64,000 bases of DNA from an uncultured Verrucomicrobiales bacterium (GTDB taxonomy: Bacteria; Verrucomicrobiota; Verrucomicrobiia; Verrucomicrobiales; DEV007): positions 15,501-79,500 of the forward strand of contig CALKOM010000134.1 in assembly GCA_938091905.1 (NCBI GenBank), read 5' to 3'. Positions 50,482 to 59,594 of the stretch are shown one piece after another (the first letter of the stretch is position 1; every line of letters starts with the position of its first letter). The notes beneath the pieces are model-generated. The model did not search any database. It was not told the DNA's origin and saw only the letters and a program-made list of their open reading frames with translations. Position numbers and translations under genes: made by a program.

Positions 50482-51792
50482 ATGAACAAGCCGATCATAC
50501 TTCATGGAACCTGGTGCCTAGTCGCAATGACGTCATTCGTCATTGGCTACCGAGTGTTTGCGCCACAAGCAGGTGGCTCTCTCCAATCTCAATCGCGCTT
50601 GGATCAAAGCGACGATTCTCTAGTGGGATTTCGGAAACAAAGCTCAGAAGTAGATTCTACTTCCCGAGGCGGCACATCATTAGCGATCACTGAACGTGAC
50701 ATCAAATCGTTGGGAGAGACCTTTCGCAAAGCCGCTAGTCCGATTGAACGACGGCTCGCTTTCTCAAAGCTGCTCGAAGGGCTTACTTCGGAGAATGCTC
50801 TTCTCATACGTGAACAGATCGCGCACTTGGACCACCGGAGTTCTGAGTTCCAAGAATTTCACTATGCCTGGGGCGCAACCGATGGTGAGCAGGCAGCGGT
50901 GTTTGGTGCGAGCACGCCTGAAGATGACATGTCGCCAGCCTTGGCAGGATGGGCGAGCGGCAATCCTTCTGAAGCACTTGCTTGGTTTAACACGCTCAGG
51001 ATCGAAAACGATCCGAACTTCGATTTCTTGCTTAACGACCGGAAGATTCAACCGGATCGCTTACGCGAACATTTGATGCGCGGTTTAGTAAAAGGATTAG
51101 CAGACAATAACCCTAACACCGCCAGCGAGTTCGTTCATGAATTGACCGAAAGCGGCAACAAAGCTGCACCCAGGCTCATGCACACCGTCGCCGATGCCGT
51201 CATGCGATCTAGCAAACCATCGACTGCTGTCGATTGGGCAGAGACCTTACCTCAGGGTAATGCGAGAACTGTCGCTCTGCGGCGCATGGCTGAGCGCTAC
51301 GTCGACGAAAACCCAACCGAGGCAGCCGCTTGGGCAAGCAAGTTTGCCAAAGACCGTGCGACCGCTGCGATCGTTGGTGAAGTAGGAGCCAACTGGTCCC
51401 ATCGCGATCCAAAAGCCGCTCTGGAGTGGCTTTCCGCTCTACCCACAAGCCACGGGCAGAATGCCGGTCTGCATCGTTCCTTGTCAGATTGGACCCATCG
51501 TGATCCCGCTGCCGCAAGCGAGTATCTATCGACCATGCCAGATTCTCCCGCGAGAAATGCCGCCATCACCGGTTTTAGTAGTCGGCTCGCCTGGGAAGAT
51601 CCCACTGCGGCCCTTGTATGGGCAGAAACGATTACTTCAGAAGGCCAACGCCATGAATCCATATTAAACATCGGACGGGCCTGGGCACGCAAAGACGCTG
51701 AGGCTGCAGCAGACTGGGCCGCGAACGCGGGGTTACCAGAGAACGTGCAACAAGCCTTTCTCAATCCACCAAAAGACAAACGCCGACGCTAA
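50482..51792 (+). CDS. Membrane-anchored helical-repeat hypothetical protein (paralog 1)
   Basis: N-terminal TM helix; repeated W..DP.AA..W units. Start at MNKPII (50482). Confidence 0.75.
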   Translation: MNKPIILHGTWCLVAMTSFVIGYRVFAPQAGGSLQSQSRLDQSDDSLVGFRKQSSEVDSTSRGGTSLAITERDIKSLGETFRKAASPIERRLAFSKLLEGLTSENALLIREQIAHLDHRSSEFQEFHYAWGATDGEQAAVFGASTPEDDMSPALAGWASGNPSEALAWFNTLRIENDPNFDFLLNDRKIQPDRLREHLMRGLVKGLADNNPNTASEFVHELTESGNKAAPRLMHTVADAVMRSSKPSTAVDWAETLPQGNARTVALRRMAERYVDENPTEAAAWASKFAKDRATAAIVGEVGANWSHRDPKAALEWLSALPTSHGQNAGLHRSLSDWTHRDPAAASEYLSTMPDSPARNAAITGFSSRLAWEDPTAALVWAETITSEGQRHESILNIGRAWARKDAEAAADWAANAGLPENVQQAFLNPPKDKRRR

Positions 51793-51810
51793 TTTAGCCC
51801 AGCAAGACCG

Positions 51811-53157
51811 ATGAATCGATCATTCACCACCCATGGCTCCTGGTTGCTCGTCACCGGAATGCTGTTTGTGGCGGGTTCGCAACTTGCGCGTCGTGGAGCC
51901 CCTCTCGACCAGCTGGGATCGACCAGCCACGCTGACGAGCTTTCAGGTCTAGCAAACACTCTGATTCATGGCACTAAGAGCTCGGCGCTGGTAATCGCTT
52001 CAGAAGACCAAGACAATGCTGAAAACGACAGCGCCCACGTCATCCCGTCGACTACCACTGGCAGCTCACCGCAGCCTCGCACTGGCAAGACTCCCGCTCC
52101 TCTTACAGAATCCCAGATCAATGAGTTGGCGATCGCCGCCACCAAGTCTTCGAATCCAATCGAGCGGCGAAAGGCCTTTGATCGGCTGCTGAAAGAAATG
52201 CAGTCGGACACCTTCACGAGAGAGCAAGCCATGATGATGCGCTCTGCTTTGCATGAGAATGGTGCCAACGGCGAACAGTGGCGAGCTTTTGACTATGCCT
52301 GGGGCGCCAATGACCCAGAAACAGCATTGGCCCATCTTGACGAGATCGATCAGAAATATCGAAGAAGCTTTGCCAGCAACATGATGCCTGGTCTCGCCAG
52401 TTCAGAGCCCGAGATGGCGATCGATCTGCTGAACAGATTCGACGGTTCCCAAAGATTCCACATGACGAGTCGCTTGATCGAAGGCCTCACGGACTACGAT
52501 ATCGGTTTTGCCACAGACTATGTCAGTCAGCTGGCTGAAGATCGCGTTCCCAGTGCTGCACGACATATTGGCCGACTCGCCCACGAAGTACTCAGCACCG
52601 CGGGCTTTGAAGACGGTATCGCCTGGGCAGAGGGGCTTGATTCTGGACCATTCCAAGCTTCCGCCCTGCGGCGGGTCGCCCACGAATACGCAAACAAAGC
52701 CCCCGCTGAGGCCGCCGATTGGGCCAAACAGTTCGTGGGGCAAGATCAGAACTCTCGCCTCTTTGGTGAAGTCGTCCGCGAATGGGGCGACTGGCAGACC
52801 GCAAACGACTGGGTAGAATCACTCGAGCCAAGCCTCGCCAAACAGGATGCGCTCAGTGCCATCTACGGATTCAGGGGGGCCCAGGAACCTCATCAAGCGG
52901 TCCAGGACATCCTCGACATGCCGGCCTCAGACGATCGCAATTTCGCTATCAACGGTTTCATCAGCGGGCTCGCCCATCAGGATGGCGAAGCTGCCGTAAC
53001 CTGGGCCGCTGAGATCACTTCTGAAGGGATGCGCCAATCTGCCATGATTCGTGCTGGCAAACAATTCTATCAGCAAGACCAACAAGCAGCCACCGAATGG
53101 TTCAATGCTAGCAGCCTGCCAAAGAGCGCCTGGAATCAGGTCGCTCAGCCGAAGTGA
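51811..53157 (+). CDS. Membrane-anchored helical-repeat hypothetical protein (paralog 2)
   Basis: Shares PIERR.AF..LL, F.YAWGA.D and RN.AI.GF.S.LA..D..AA..WA..ITSEG.R with the upstream gene. Confidence 0.75.
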   Translation: MNRSFTTHGSWLLVTGMLFVAGSQLARRGAPLDQLGSTSHADELSGLANTLIHGTKSSALVIASEDQDNAENDSAHVIPSTTTGSSPQPRTGKTPAPLTESQINELAIAATKSSNPIERRKAFDRLLKEMQSDTFTREQAMMMRSALHENGANGEQWRAFDYAWGANDPETALAHLDEIDQKYRRSFASNMMPGLASSEPEMAIDLLNRFDGSQRFHMTSRLIEGLTDYDIGFATDYVSQLAEDRVPSAARHIGRLAHEVLSTAGFEDGIAWAEGLDSGPFQASALRRVAHEYANKAPAEAADWAKQFVGQDQNSRLFGEVVREWGDWQTANDWVESLEPSLAKQDALSAIYGFRGAQEPHQAVQDILDMPASDDRNFAINGFISGLAHQDGEAAVTWAAEITSEGMRQSAMIRAGKQFYQQDQQAATEWFNASSLPKSAWNQVAQPK

Positions 53158-53160
53158 CTT

Positions 53161-53331
53161 TTTAGACAGGATTTCAGTATTGGGAGAATTGACAGAAGGA
53201 AGCTGGAGCTGAGTTTTCATGTTCCTGCCTCTATCAGAACCCTTTGATTATGTAGCTAGTAGCGACGGGGTTTGGCCATTGGCCATGCCTGTTGCTTGAG
53301 CTTCTGTTAATTCCTTGAATTCTGTCTGAAA
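53161..53331. repeat. Intergenic element with nested imperfect terminal inverted repeats (REP/MITE-like)
   Basis: Left TTTAGACAGGATTTCAG...GAATTGACAGAAG; right CTTCTGTTAATTCCTTGAATTCTGTCTGAAA. Confidence 0.5.
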
Positions 53332-53346
53332 TCTATCCCCCCCTCC

Positions 53347-53391
53347 AAACAACAACACCCCGGCACCAGTTGGCACCGAGGTGTTATTTTT
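53347..53391 (-). terminator. Putative intrinsic terminator
   Basis: Minus-strand AACACCUCGGUGCC-AACU-GGUGCCGGGGUGUU stem followed by GUUGUUU, just after the stop at 53412; also T-rich on the plus side. Confidence 0.6.
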
Positions 53392-53411
53392 AATTAACTT
53401 CTGTTTGTTTG

Positions 53412-56400
53412 CTAGTCGACTTTCACATCGTCGATGTACCAACCGGCTCCGACGTCACCGTCGTCATCCGTCAGGAAGGCAAACTCGATAATCACTGGCA
53501 CACCGCGGGCATCCGATGGGAAGCGGATACTGAATGGGGTCCAACCGCCAACCTGACCACTGAGGATATCTTCACCCTCTTGTACCCATAGAGGCTCACC
53601 ACTCTCATCAAGAAATCTAAGCTGACCACCTTCAACATCCACCGTTGAATCGATGAAGTAGTTGAAGCTCAACTTCGGTGCCGTCTTGACACTTGCGTCA
53701 ATGACAGGAGAACGCAGCCGGGTGAGATTAAACTCAGAGGTGTAGTTTCCATCAAGATCCGTTCCCCACGCTTGGGTACCGCTCGCTGCCGCCATAAGGC
53801 CATCGACGGCCGGCGTGCCAAGTTCCCACTCGGTCGATCCACTGTCCGTTTCCACGGTCCAACCTTCCGCGCCATTCTCACCTTCAAAGTCGGTGAAGTA
53901 GATCGCTGGTGGCGCAACCTGACGGACTCGGTAGTAGAGTTCAGTAGTGTCTGCAGGGACATTAGAGTCAGTGTAGGACATAAGTTCTGTCGTCGCTCCA
54001 CCATCAGGAATCTGTGTGACGATTGCTGTCCAGTTGACCAAGTCCGTGGAGGTATCCACTGCGTAATAGTTGCCTACCTTCGACTGGAAGGTAAGCGTTA
54101 CGTCCCCACCGTCCCGACTGATCTCCGTGATATTGAACTCCTCAGGCGCAGAACGGAAGGTGGCGAGACCACCATTGGCAACGTCGTTAAGAAGCACCTT
54201 CTCACCCGCATCGTTGAAACTGAAGACTTCGATCGAGCCGCCACCGCCATTGTTAAAGTAGACGATTCTTACAGGATAAATTCCTGCCTCCGCGACCTCG
54301 CACCAGACTGTCCTCTCCCATTGCTGCTGGTTCGGAACAAACTCTCCCATTTCCTCATTGTCGTCAAAAGGACCGCCTTCCATTCGGAATCCGTTCACCC
54401 CTTGACCGTGCACACCAAGTTGCGTCCGGCCGGCAGGGAAATCAACATAGGTGAGAATCTCAATCCGTGCACCAGCGCGACCATCCCCGCCATCTTCTTC
54501 ATCACCGGGCAAACCTGGCATCTGATCATCCGGGACAAAATCTCCTCCACCGATTTCACCGTCAGCGCTGGCATGCAAGTTCATGGCACCAGCGATCTCA
54601 AATTCGAACAAAATATCACCGATGGCTTCACCAGAAGCCTCTGCTGATCCGACGGCTCCCGGATCGGCAAAGTTATCAGTAATAGCATCCCCAGTGATGG
54701 GGTCGATGAGTTCTCCATTGAGGGCGAGTTCTGTTTCAGTTAGAGACTTTGACGTGTAAGTCGCGTTTTGGAAGATCCTCCAAAGGAATCCAGGCTTCGT
54801 GTCATCGACACGCCTAACACGCTCCTCTGGCCTAAAGAGCTTGGCGTTCGGCGCTTCCCAAGGCCCAGTCTCGCTGAACACCACCTTACCGTTACCATCC
54901 ACGAGTTCCACCGTGAAGGTATGCCTCGTTCCCCCAGGGAAAGTCGTTGCAAAAGTGTAGGCGTAGTCGGTGGCACCAAGACCAGCGTCGGTGGCCACAA
55001 GTCCTTCCACGGCCTGACCATCGATGCGCAGGACGGTGCCTGCCGGATCATGCACACAATCTTCAAAGTCGTTTCCGCGGAATGTGAAGGTAAAGGGGTC
55101 CTCGGACCGTGGCGCTGTGAGAGCCGACGCAAAACACGGATCATCTCCACCACCTGTGCCGATCACACCCAGCGTCACCAAGGCTGTTTCCGAAGCGTGC
55201 TTGCCAAAGACGATGGAGTGGGCACCAAGGCCACCCCAGCCTTTCTGACCAGGTGTCGCCTCGTCTCCGTCATTGATCGCCATTCCGAGCCCAAACTGAG
55301 TGCCCGGTCCTAGTTCCTCGAGGCCCAAGGCCGACTTCGGTAGTTTGATCTCGTAGGTCGTGCGCTTGGTGTCTGTGTTACGGGTGACGATGGCTTCGGT
55401 GTCCTCCCCGCCCTCTGGCCTCGCCTCGTGATTGACAATGATCTCGCCGATTTCGGTTTCAATGCCTCCCAGCGCGTAGTTATAAAGGGCCACTTGAGTA
55501 TCTTGCGCTGCGTTGGCGATCATGAGCTGAATGGAGTCGCCGTTCCACGCGCTATTCGCCGCGTTCTCATGATACTCGTCCGTTACGACAAACCCGAAAT
55601 ACACGTTGTCGGGGTCATACGCGATTTGCACCGTTGAGGTGTGATCGTCAGGCCCAGTCCAATCGCCATCGCCGAGGATTTCAAAGAGAACGAGTTCGCC
55701 ATCTCCAGTACGGCTCCCAGAAAACTTGGGAATCGAGAATCTCGGATCAGAGAGAACCGGCACTCCGCCCCAGTCATTTAAGTCACCATCCAAATTGATG
55801 GCTCCTGGAGTCAGGTCCGCAGAATAAAATTCCTTGCCTGGTTCAATATCATTAGCAGTCGCCAGGGTAACCAACGCCGTTTCGTCAGGGTGCTTACCAA
55901 AGACAATGGAGTGAGCTCCCAATCCACCCCAGCCCTTCTGACCAGGAGTGGCTTCGTCACCATCATTGATTGCCATGCCAAGTCCAAATTGAACGCCACC
56001 CTTCAGGTTTTCGATAGCAAGGGCCGACTTTGGAAGCTTGATTTCGTAGGTCGTTCGCTTGTTCTCCACATCTCGCACAACCACGGCTTCTGTATCATCA
56101 CCACCCTCAGGTCTTGCCTCATGATTGACGATAATCTCTCCCAACTCGGTTTCGATTCCTCCTAGAGCGTAGTTATAGAGAGCAACCTGTGCATCACGGG
56201 CGTCATTTGCGACCATGAGCTGCACGGAGTCTCCGTTCCAAGCGCTGTTGGCAGCGTTCTCGTGGTATTCGTCCGTGACGACGAATCCGAAGTACACATT
56301 GTCGTCATCGTAAACGACCCGAACAGCAGACGTATGATCATCCGGCCCCGTCCAATCACCATCTCCAAGAATCTCAAAGTTCACGAGCTCACCTTCTGCT

Positions 56401-57341
56401 TTCGAAAACTTCGGGATTGAGAACCGCGGATCTGCAAGCAGCTGAGCGCTGCGCCACTCGGACAGATCACCATCGAGGACAATCGGCTCGGCGGCTTTGA
56501 TCGCTGTGTAGTATTCTTTACCTGGTTCGATGTCGTTTCTCTGTACCCTCTCCCGTTCGACAACGGGAGCGGCCAACGTCACCAAAGCTGTTTCCGCTGG
56601 GTGCTTGCCAAAGACAATCGAGTGAGCACCTAGTCCACCCCAACCTTTTTGACCCGGCGTTGCTTCATCACCGTCGTTGATCGCCATGCCGAGCCCGAAT
56701 TTCACACCAGCCGACAGGTCTTCGAGACCCATAGCCGACTTAGGGAGCCTGATCTCATAAATCGTACGCTTCGTTTCTACGTTCCGCGAAACGATAGCTT
56801 CTGTGTCGTCACCACCCTCTGGCCTCGCCTCGTGATTGACAATCGTTTCATCGGCGAGAGCATCTTCCACTCCACCAAGCGCATAGTTGTAGAGGGCTAC
56901 CTGAGTGTCGCGTTCACCATTGGCCACCATCAGCTGAACGGAGTCTCCGTTCCAGGCACTATTAGCCGCGTTCTCATGGTATTCGTCCGTGACGACAAAC
57001 CCAAAATACACATTGTCGTCGTCATAAAGGACGCGAACTGCAGAGGTGTGATCATCGGGACCCGTCCAATCACCATTTCCAAGGATCTCGAAGTTCACCA
57101 ACTCACCGTCCACATTAACGTCGGAACCGGAAAATTTCGGAATATAGAACCGGGGATCTGCTAGGACCTCGGCCCCAGTCCACTCAGAGAGATCCCCGTC
57201 AATGACGATGGGATTGACGGTCTTGTTTGCAGAGTAGGTATCTTTACCCGGTTCAATGTCGTTGAAGTTCTGCGCTTGCGCCCCCATAGGGAAGAGCAAG
57301 GACACAGCCAAGACGAGTAGACGTGTTGGTTTAGATATCAT
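53412..57341 (-). CDS. Large secreted acidic protein: three CBM9/DOMON-like domains, PA14-like region, C-terminal jelly-roll-like domain
   Basis: Signal peptide MISKPTRLLVLAVSLLFPMGAQA; three copies of IDGDL.EW...YFGFVVTDE...WNGDSVQL...YEI.LP...GMAINDGD; C-terminal WELGTP...GAGWYIDDV. Confidence 0.8.
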   Translation of the reverse strand: MISKPTRLLVLAVSLLFPMGAQAQNFNDIEPGKDTYSANKTVNPIVIDGDLSEWTGAEVLADPRFYIPKFSGSDVNVDGELVNFEILGNGDWTGPDDHTSAVRVLYDDDNVYFGFVVTDEYHENAANSAWNGDSVQLMVANGERDTQVALYNYALGGVEDALADETIVNHEARPEGGDDTEAIVSRNVETKRTIYEIRLPKSAMGLEDLSAGVKFGLGMAINDGDEATPGQKGWGGLGAHSIVFGKHPAETALVTLAAPVVERERVQRNDIEPGKEYYTAIKAAEPIVLDGDLSEWRSAQLLADPRFSIPKFSKAEGELVNFEILGDGDWTGPDDHTSAVRVVYDDDNVYFGFVVTDEYHENAANSAWNGDSVQLMVANDARDAQVALYNYALGGIETELGEIIVNHEARPEGGDDTEAVVVRDVENKRTTYEIKLPKSALAIENLKGGVQFGLGMAINDGDEATPGQKGWGGLGAHSIVFGKHPDETALVTLATANDIEPGKEFYSADLTPGAINLDGDLNDWGGVPVLSDPRFSIPKFSGSRTGDGELVLFEILGDGDWTGPDDHTSTVQIAYDPDNVYFGFVVTDEYHENAANSAWNGDSIQLMIANAAQDTQVALYNYALGGIETEIGEIIVNHEARPEGGEDTEAIVTRNTDTKRTTYEIKLPKSALGLEELGPGTQFGLGMAINDGDEATPGQKGWGGLGAHSIVFGKHASETALVTLGVIGTGGGDDPCFASALTAPRSEDPFTFTFRGNDFEDCVHDPAGTVLRIDGQAVEGLVATDAGLGATDYAYTFATTFPGGTRHTFTVELVDGNGKVVFSETGPWEAPNAKLFRPEERVRRVDDTKPGFLWRIFQNATYTSKSLTETELALNGELIDPITGDAITDNFADPGAVGSAEASGEAIGDILFEFEIAGAMNLHASADGEIGGGDFVPDDQMPGLPGDEEDGGDGRAGARIEILTYVDFPAGRTQLGVHGQGVNGFRMEGGPFDDNEEMGEFVPNQQQWERTVWCEVAEAGIYPVRIVYFNNGGGGSIEVFSFNDAGEKVLLNDVANGGLATFRSAPEEFNITEISRDGGDVTLTFQSKVGNYYAVDTSTDLVNWTAIVTQIPDGGATTELMSYTDSNVPADTTELYYRVRQVAPPAIYFTDFEGENGAEGWTVETDSGSTEWELGTPAVDGLMAAASGTQAWGTDLDGNYTSEFNLTRLRSPVIDASVKTAPKLSFNYFIDSTVDVEGGQLRFLDESGEPLWVQEGEDILSGQVGGWTPFSIRFPSDARGVPVIIEFAFLTDDDGDVGAGWYIDDVKVD
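55170..57263 (-). repeat. Three tandem intragenic domain repeats of about 690-720 bp
   Basis: Units begin NDIEPGK at 57263, 56537 and 55853; long identical peptide blocks with synonymous DNA differences. Confidence 0.9.
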
Positions 57342-57485
57342 TGTAGGTTTGTTAGAGGGTTGGGGATGGTCCCGTGGTGGGTTCAAACATTTAGGTGGCG
57401 CGTGCGCACGCCACTGCACACATGCCACCCAGAGTCTGCTCTCGAACAATTTATCGGCAAGCCTAAATAACCCCCTAAAATCAGA

Positions 57486-59594
57486 TTATTCGGTTGGAAA
57501 ATCAACTTCTCGCAGTATCCGTTTCGCCGCCTCGCTGTCTGGGTCTAGCTGGAGAGCTGCCTTCAGTGCCTCCGTTGCCCCAGCTTTGTCGCCGGTCGCG
57601 AGCAACGAACGCCCTAATTCCGTGAAGGTCTTGGGATTCTTTCGTCCGAGAGCGATCGCATTTTTGAAGAAGACGACAGCATCTTCATGCCGTTCCTTCT
57701 TCGCCTGCAACAAACCAAGCCCATAGTGAGCGTGCCCCGTGCGGGGATTTAGTTTCAAGACGGCGCGGAAGCCCGCTTCAGCTTTGGCCCACTGCTGGGT
57801 CTCCAGGTAGACCGACGCCAAATTAAGGTGAGCGTGGAGACGGTTCGGACTGAGCTGGACGGCTTTGGATAAATGGATGATCGCCTTCTCATGCTGTTTC
57901 ATCGAGGCTAGCAGTGATCCTATATTCAGGTGCGCTTCAACATACTCGGGATTTCTCGAGATGACTCTCTGCAGACGGGCAAGGGCACCATCTCTATCCC
58001 CTTTCGCTTGATCGATCATCGCTAGATTGACCAGGGCAGTGGCGTGGTTGGGGTCAATACTCAAGGCTTTCTCAAAAAGTGGCTGCGCTTCGTCGAGGTT
58101 CTTCTGCATGAGCAGCATGGCGCCCAATCCGGTTAACGCTTGCCCGTAATCCGGGTCCAACTCTATCGCCTTACGATAAAAATCCATCGCCTCCTTCGTT
58201 TTTCCCTGTTGTGAGGCAGACTTCGCTTGGTTGTAGAACTCCTGTGCACTCTGGTCAGCCTGATTAGGTTTCGCTAACTGATAGAGCCTCTGAGATTCCT
58301 CAGGAAATCCGTTCTTGGCAAAAAGCGTCGCATAGTCACTGAGGTAGGAATCGCGTTTTACCTGTCGCGGATCCATAAACCAACGCCCAGCTCGCGGCGT
58401 AGCGCGCTTGAGCTGCTCCGCCGGTGATGCATTGAGCAATGCTAGGTCCGCTGACACTCGGTTCCAACCGACCGGCTCCAAATACACGGCAGCGATGTTT
58501 CCTTTGGCATCGACAAGGAAACTCGTGGGAATGGAGAGCGGCATTCGGCGCGACGTCAGATACTTTATGAGCAGCTCAACCTTGGCAAGATTCTCCTGCC
58601 GCGCCGTGCCATGAGGCAAGCCGTAGCCAATCTTCGCTAGCACCTCCTCAGGATTCGCATTGGACTCGGTTCCGCCATCCACCGCCAATCCATCGACATT
58701 GAGCGCGAGCATCATGGCTCCTTGGGCAAGCAAGTCGTTGCCGTGTTTCCCTAATTCAGCCAACTCGGCAAGGCATGGCTGACACCATGTCGCCCACAGA
58801 TTGATCAACACCGGCTTGCCAATAAAGTCAGTCGTCTTACGGGCAACGCCCTTGCTATCGGTGCATGTAAGTTCAGGAAACGGCACCTGGTTTGCTACCC
58901 AGAAGCCGCGCTTCACCGGAGCCGCGGCCGCCTCTTCTTCGGCACCCCCTAATGTGGCCGCTGCTGCACGGTTCTCCGGGGTCGCACTTCCGTAACCTTG
59001 AGTGATGGAGTAACGCATTCCAGACTCCAAACCAGTGAACGACTCCGTGTCACCTCCCGGCCAACGCACACTTAAGTCGAGTTTATCCTTGCTAGATTCA
59101 CCGACACCGAAATGTGTCCAGGAACTTGACTGCGCCAGAAAGCCGTCGCCCGCGTGCACCGTGCGGATCTGGCTACCGGTCGGCTGGGTTAGCGTGAGTC
59201 TAGCACCGATGGCATCCCGATTCGTCGTGGTCCCATTTCCTATCAACCGAATGGCCACTGACGTCCCTGGAGCCCCCTGGTTATTCTTCAACAATCGCAC
59301 CTGAGGTGCCGTGCGATTCGTCACCCAAAGATCGAGATCACCGTCGCGGTCCCAATCGACAACAGCGACAGCCCTGGCATCGTCGTCATAGTCAACGCCA
59401 AACAGTCCCGCCACTTCAGAGAAACCTTTGCCCGCCAAGTTCATGAATAGCGGATTCCGCTCATAGCCACTAAAGGACTTGCCTTGCGCAACCTTGTCAT
59501 TGAGATCTCGAAAGTTCCGCGTGTAGCCTGGCGTCGCCGTGGGCTTCAGCCCTTCTTCCGGTATTTGAGGCGCGACCCGCCTCCAGAAGAACAT
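57486..59594 (-). CDS. ASPIC/UnbV + TlpA-like redoxin + TPR region (probably the C-terminal part of a UGA-readthrough protein)
   Basis: VDWDRDGDLDLWVTN, NRDAIGARL, GFLAQSS...HFG and VRWPGG; NLWATWCQPC; C-terminal TPRs; no signal peptide of its own. Confidence 0.85.
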   Translation of the reverse strand: MFFWRRVAPQIPEEGLKPTATPGYTRNFRDLNDKVAQGKSFSGYERNPLFMNLAGKGFSEVAGLFGVDYDDDARAVAVVDWDRDGDLDLWVTNRTAPQVRLLKNNQGAPGTSVAIRLIGNGTTTNRDAIGARLTLTQPTGSQIRTVHAGDGFLAQSSSWTHFGVGESSKDKLDLSVRWPGGDTESFTGLESGMRYSITQGYGSATPENRAAAATLGGAEEEAAAAPVKRGFWVANQVPFPELTCTDSKGVARKTTDFIGKPVLINLWATWCQPCLAELAELGKHGNDLLAQGAMMLALNVDGLAVDGGTESNANPEEVLAKIGYGLPHGTARQENLAKVELLIKYLTSRRMPLSIPTSFLVDAKGNIAAVYLEPVGWNRVSADLALLNASPAEQLKRATPRAGRWFMDPRQVKRDSYLSDYATLFAKNGFPEESQRLYQLAKPNQADQSAQEFYNQAKSASQQGKTKEAMDFYRKAIELDPDYGQALTGLGAMLLMQKNLDEAQPLFEKALSIDPNHATALVNLAMIDQAKGDRDGALARLQRVISRNPEYVEAHLNIGSLLASMKQHEKAIIHLSKAVQLSPNRLHAHLNLASVYLETQQWAKAEAGFRAVLKLNPRTGHAHYGLGLLQAKKERHEDAVVFFKNAIALGRKNPKTFTELGRSLLATGDKAGATEALKAALQLDPDSEAAKRILREVDFPTE
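59553..59594 (-). promoter_or_regulatory. Putative bacterial SECIS element
   Basis: After the UGA (59597-59595): AUGUUCUUCUG (11 nt), then GAGGCG-GGUCG-CGCCUC; lower helix UUCUUCUG/CGGAAGAA. Confidence 0.7.

Noticed and set aside
53772..54647. Long antisense ORFs (this 291-aa one; also 2515-3285 and 21233-21985)
   Set aside because: Shadow frames opposite well-supported genes, with no motifs of their own.
55170..57263. Repeats considered as a CRISPR array or DGR template/variable pair
   Set aside because: They are in-frame protein domain repeats with synonymous divergence; there are no spacers, cas genes or reverse transcriptase in the window.
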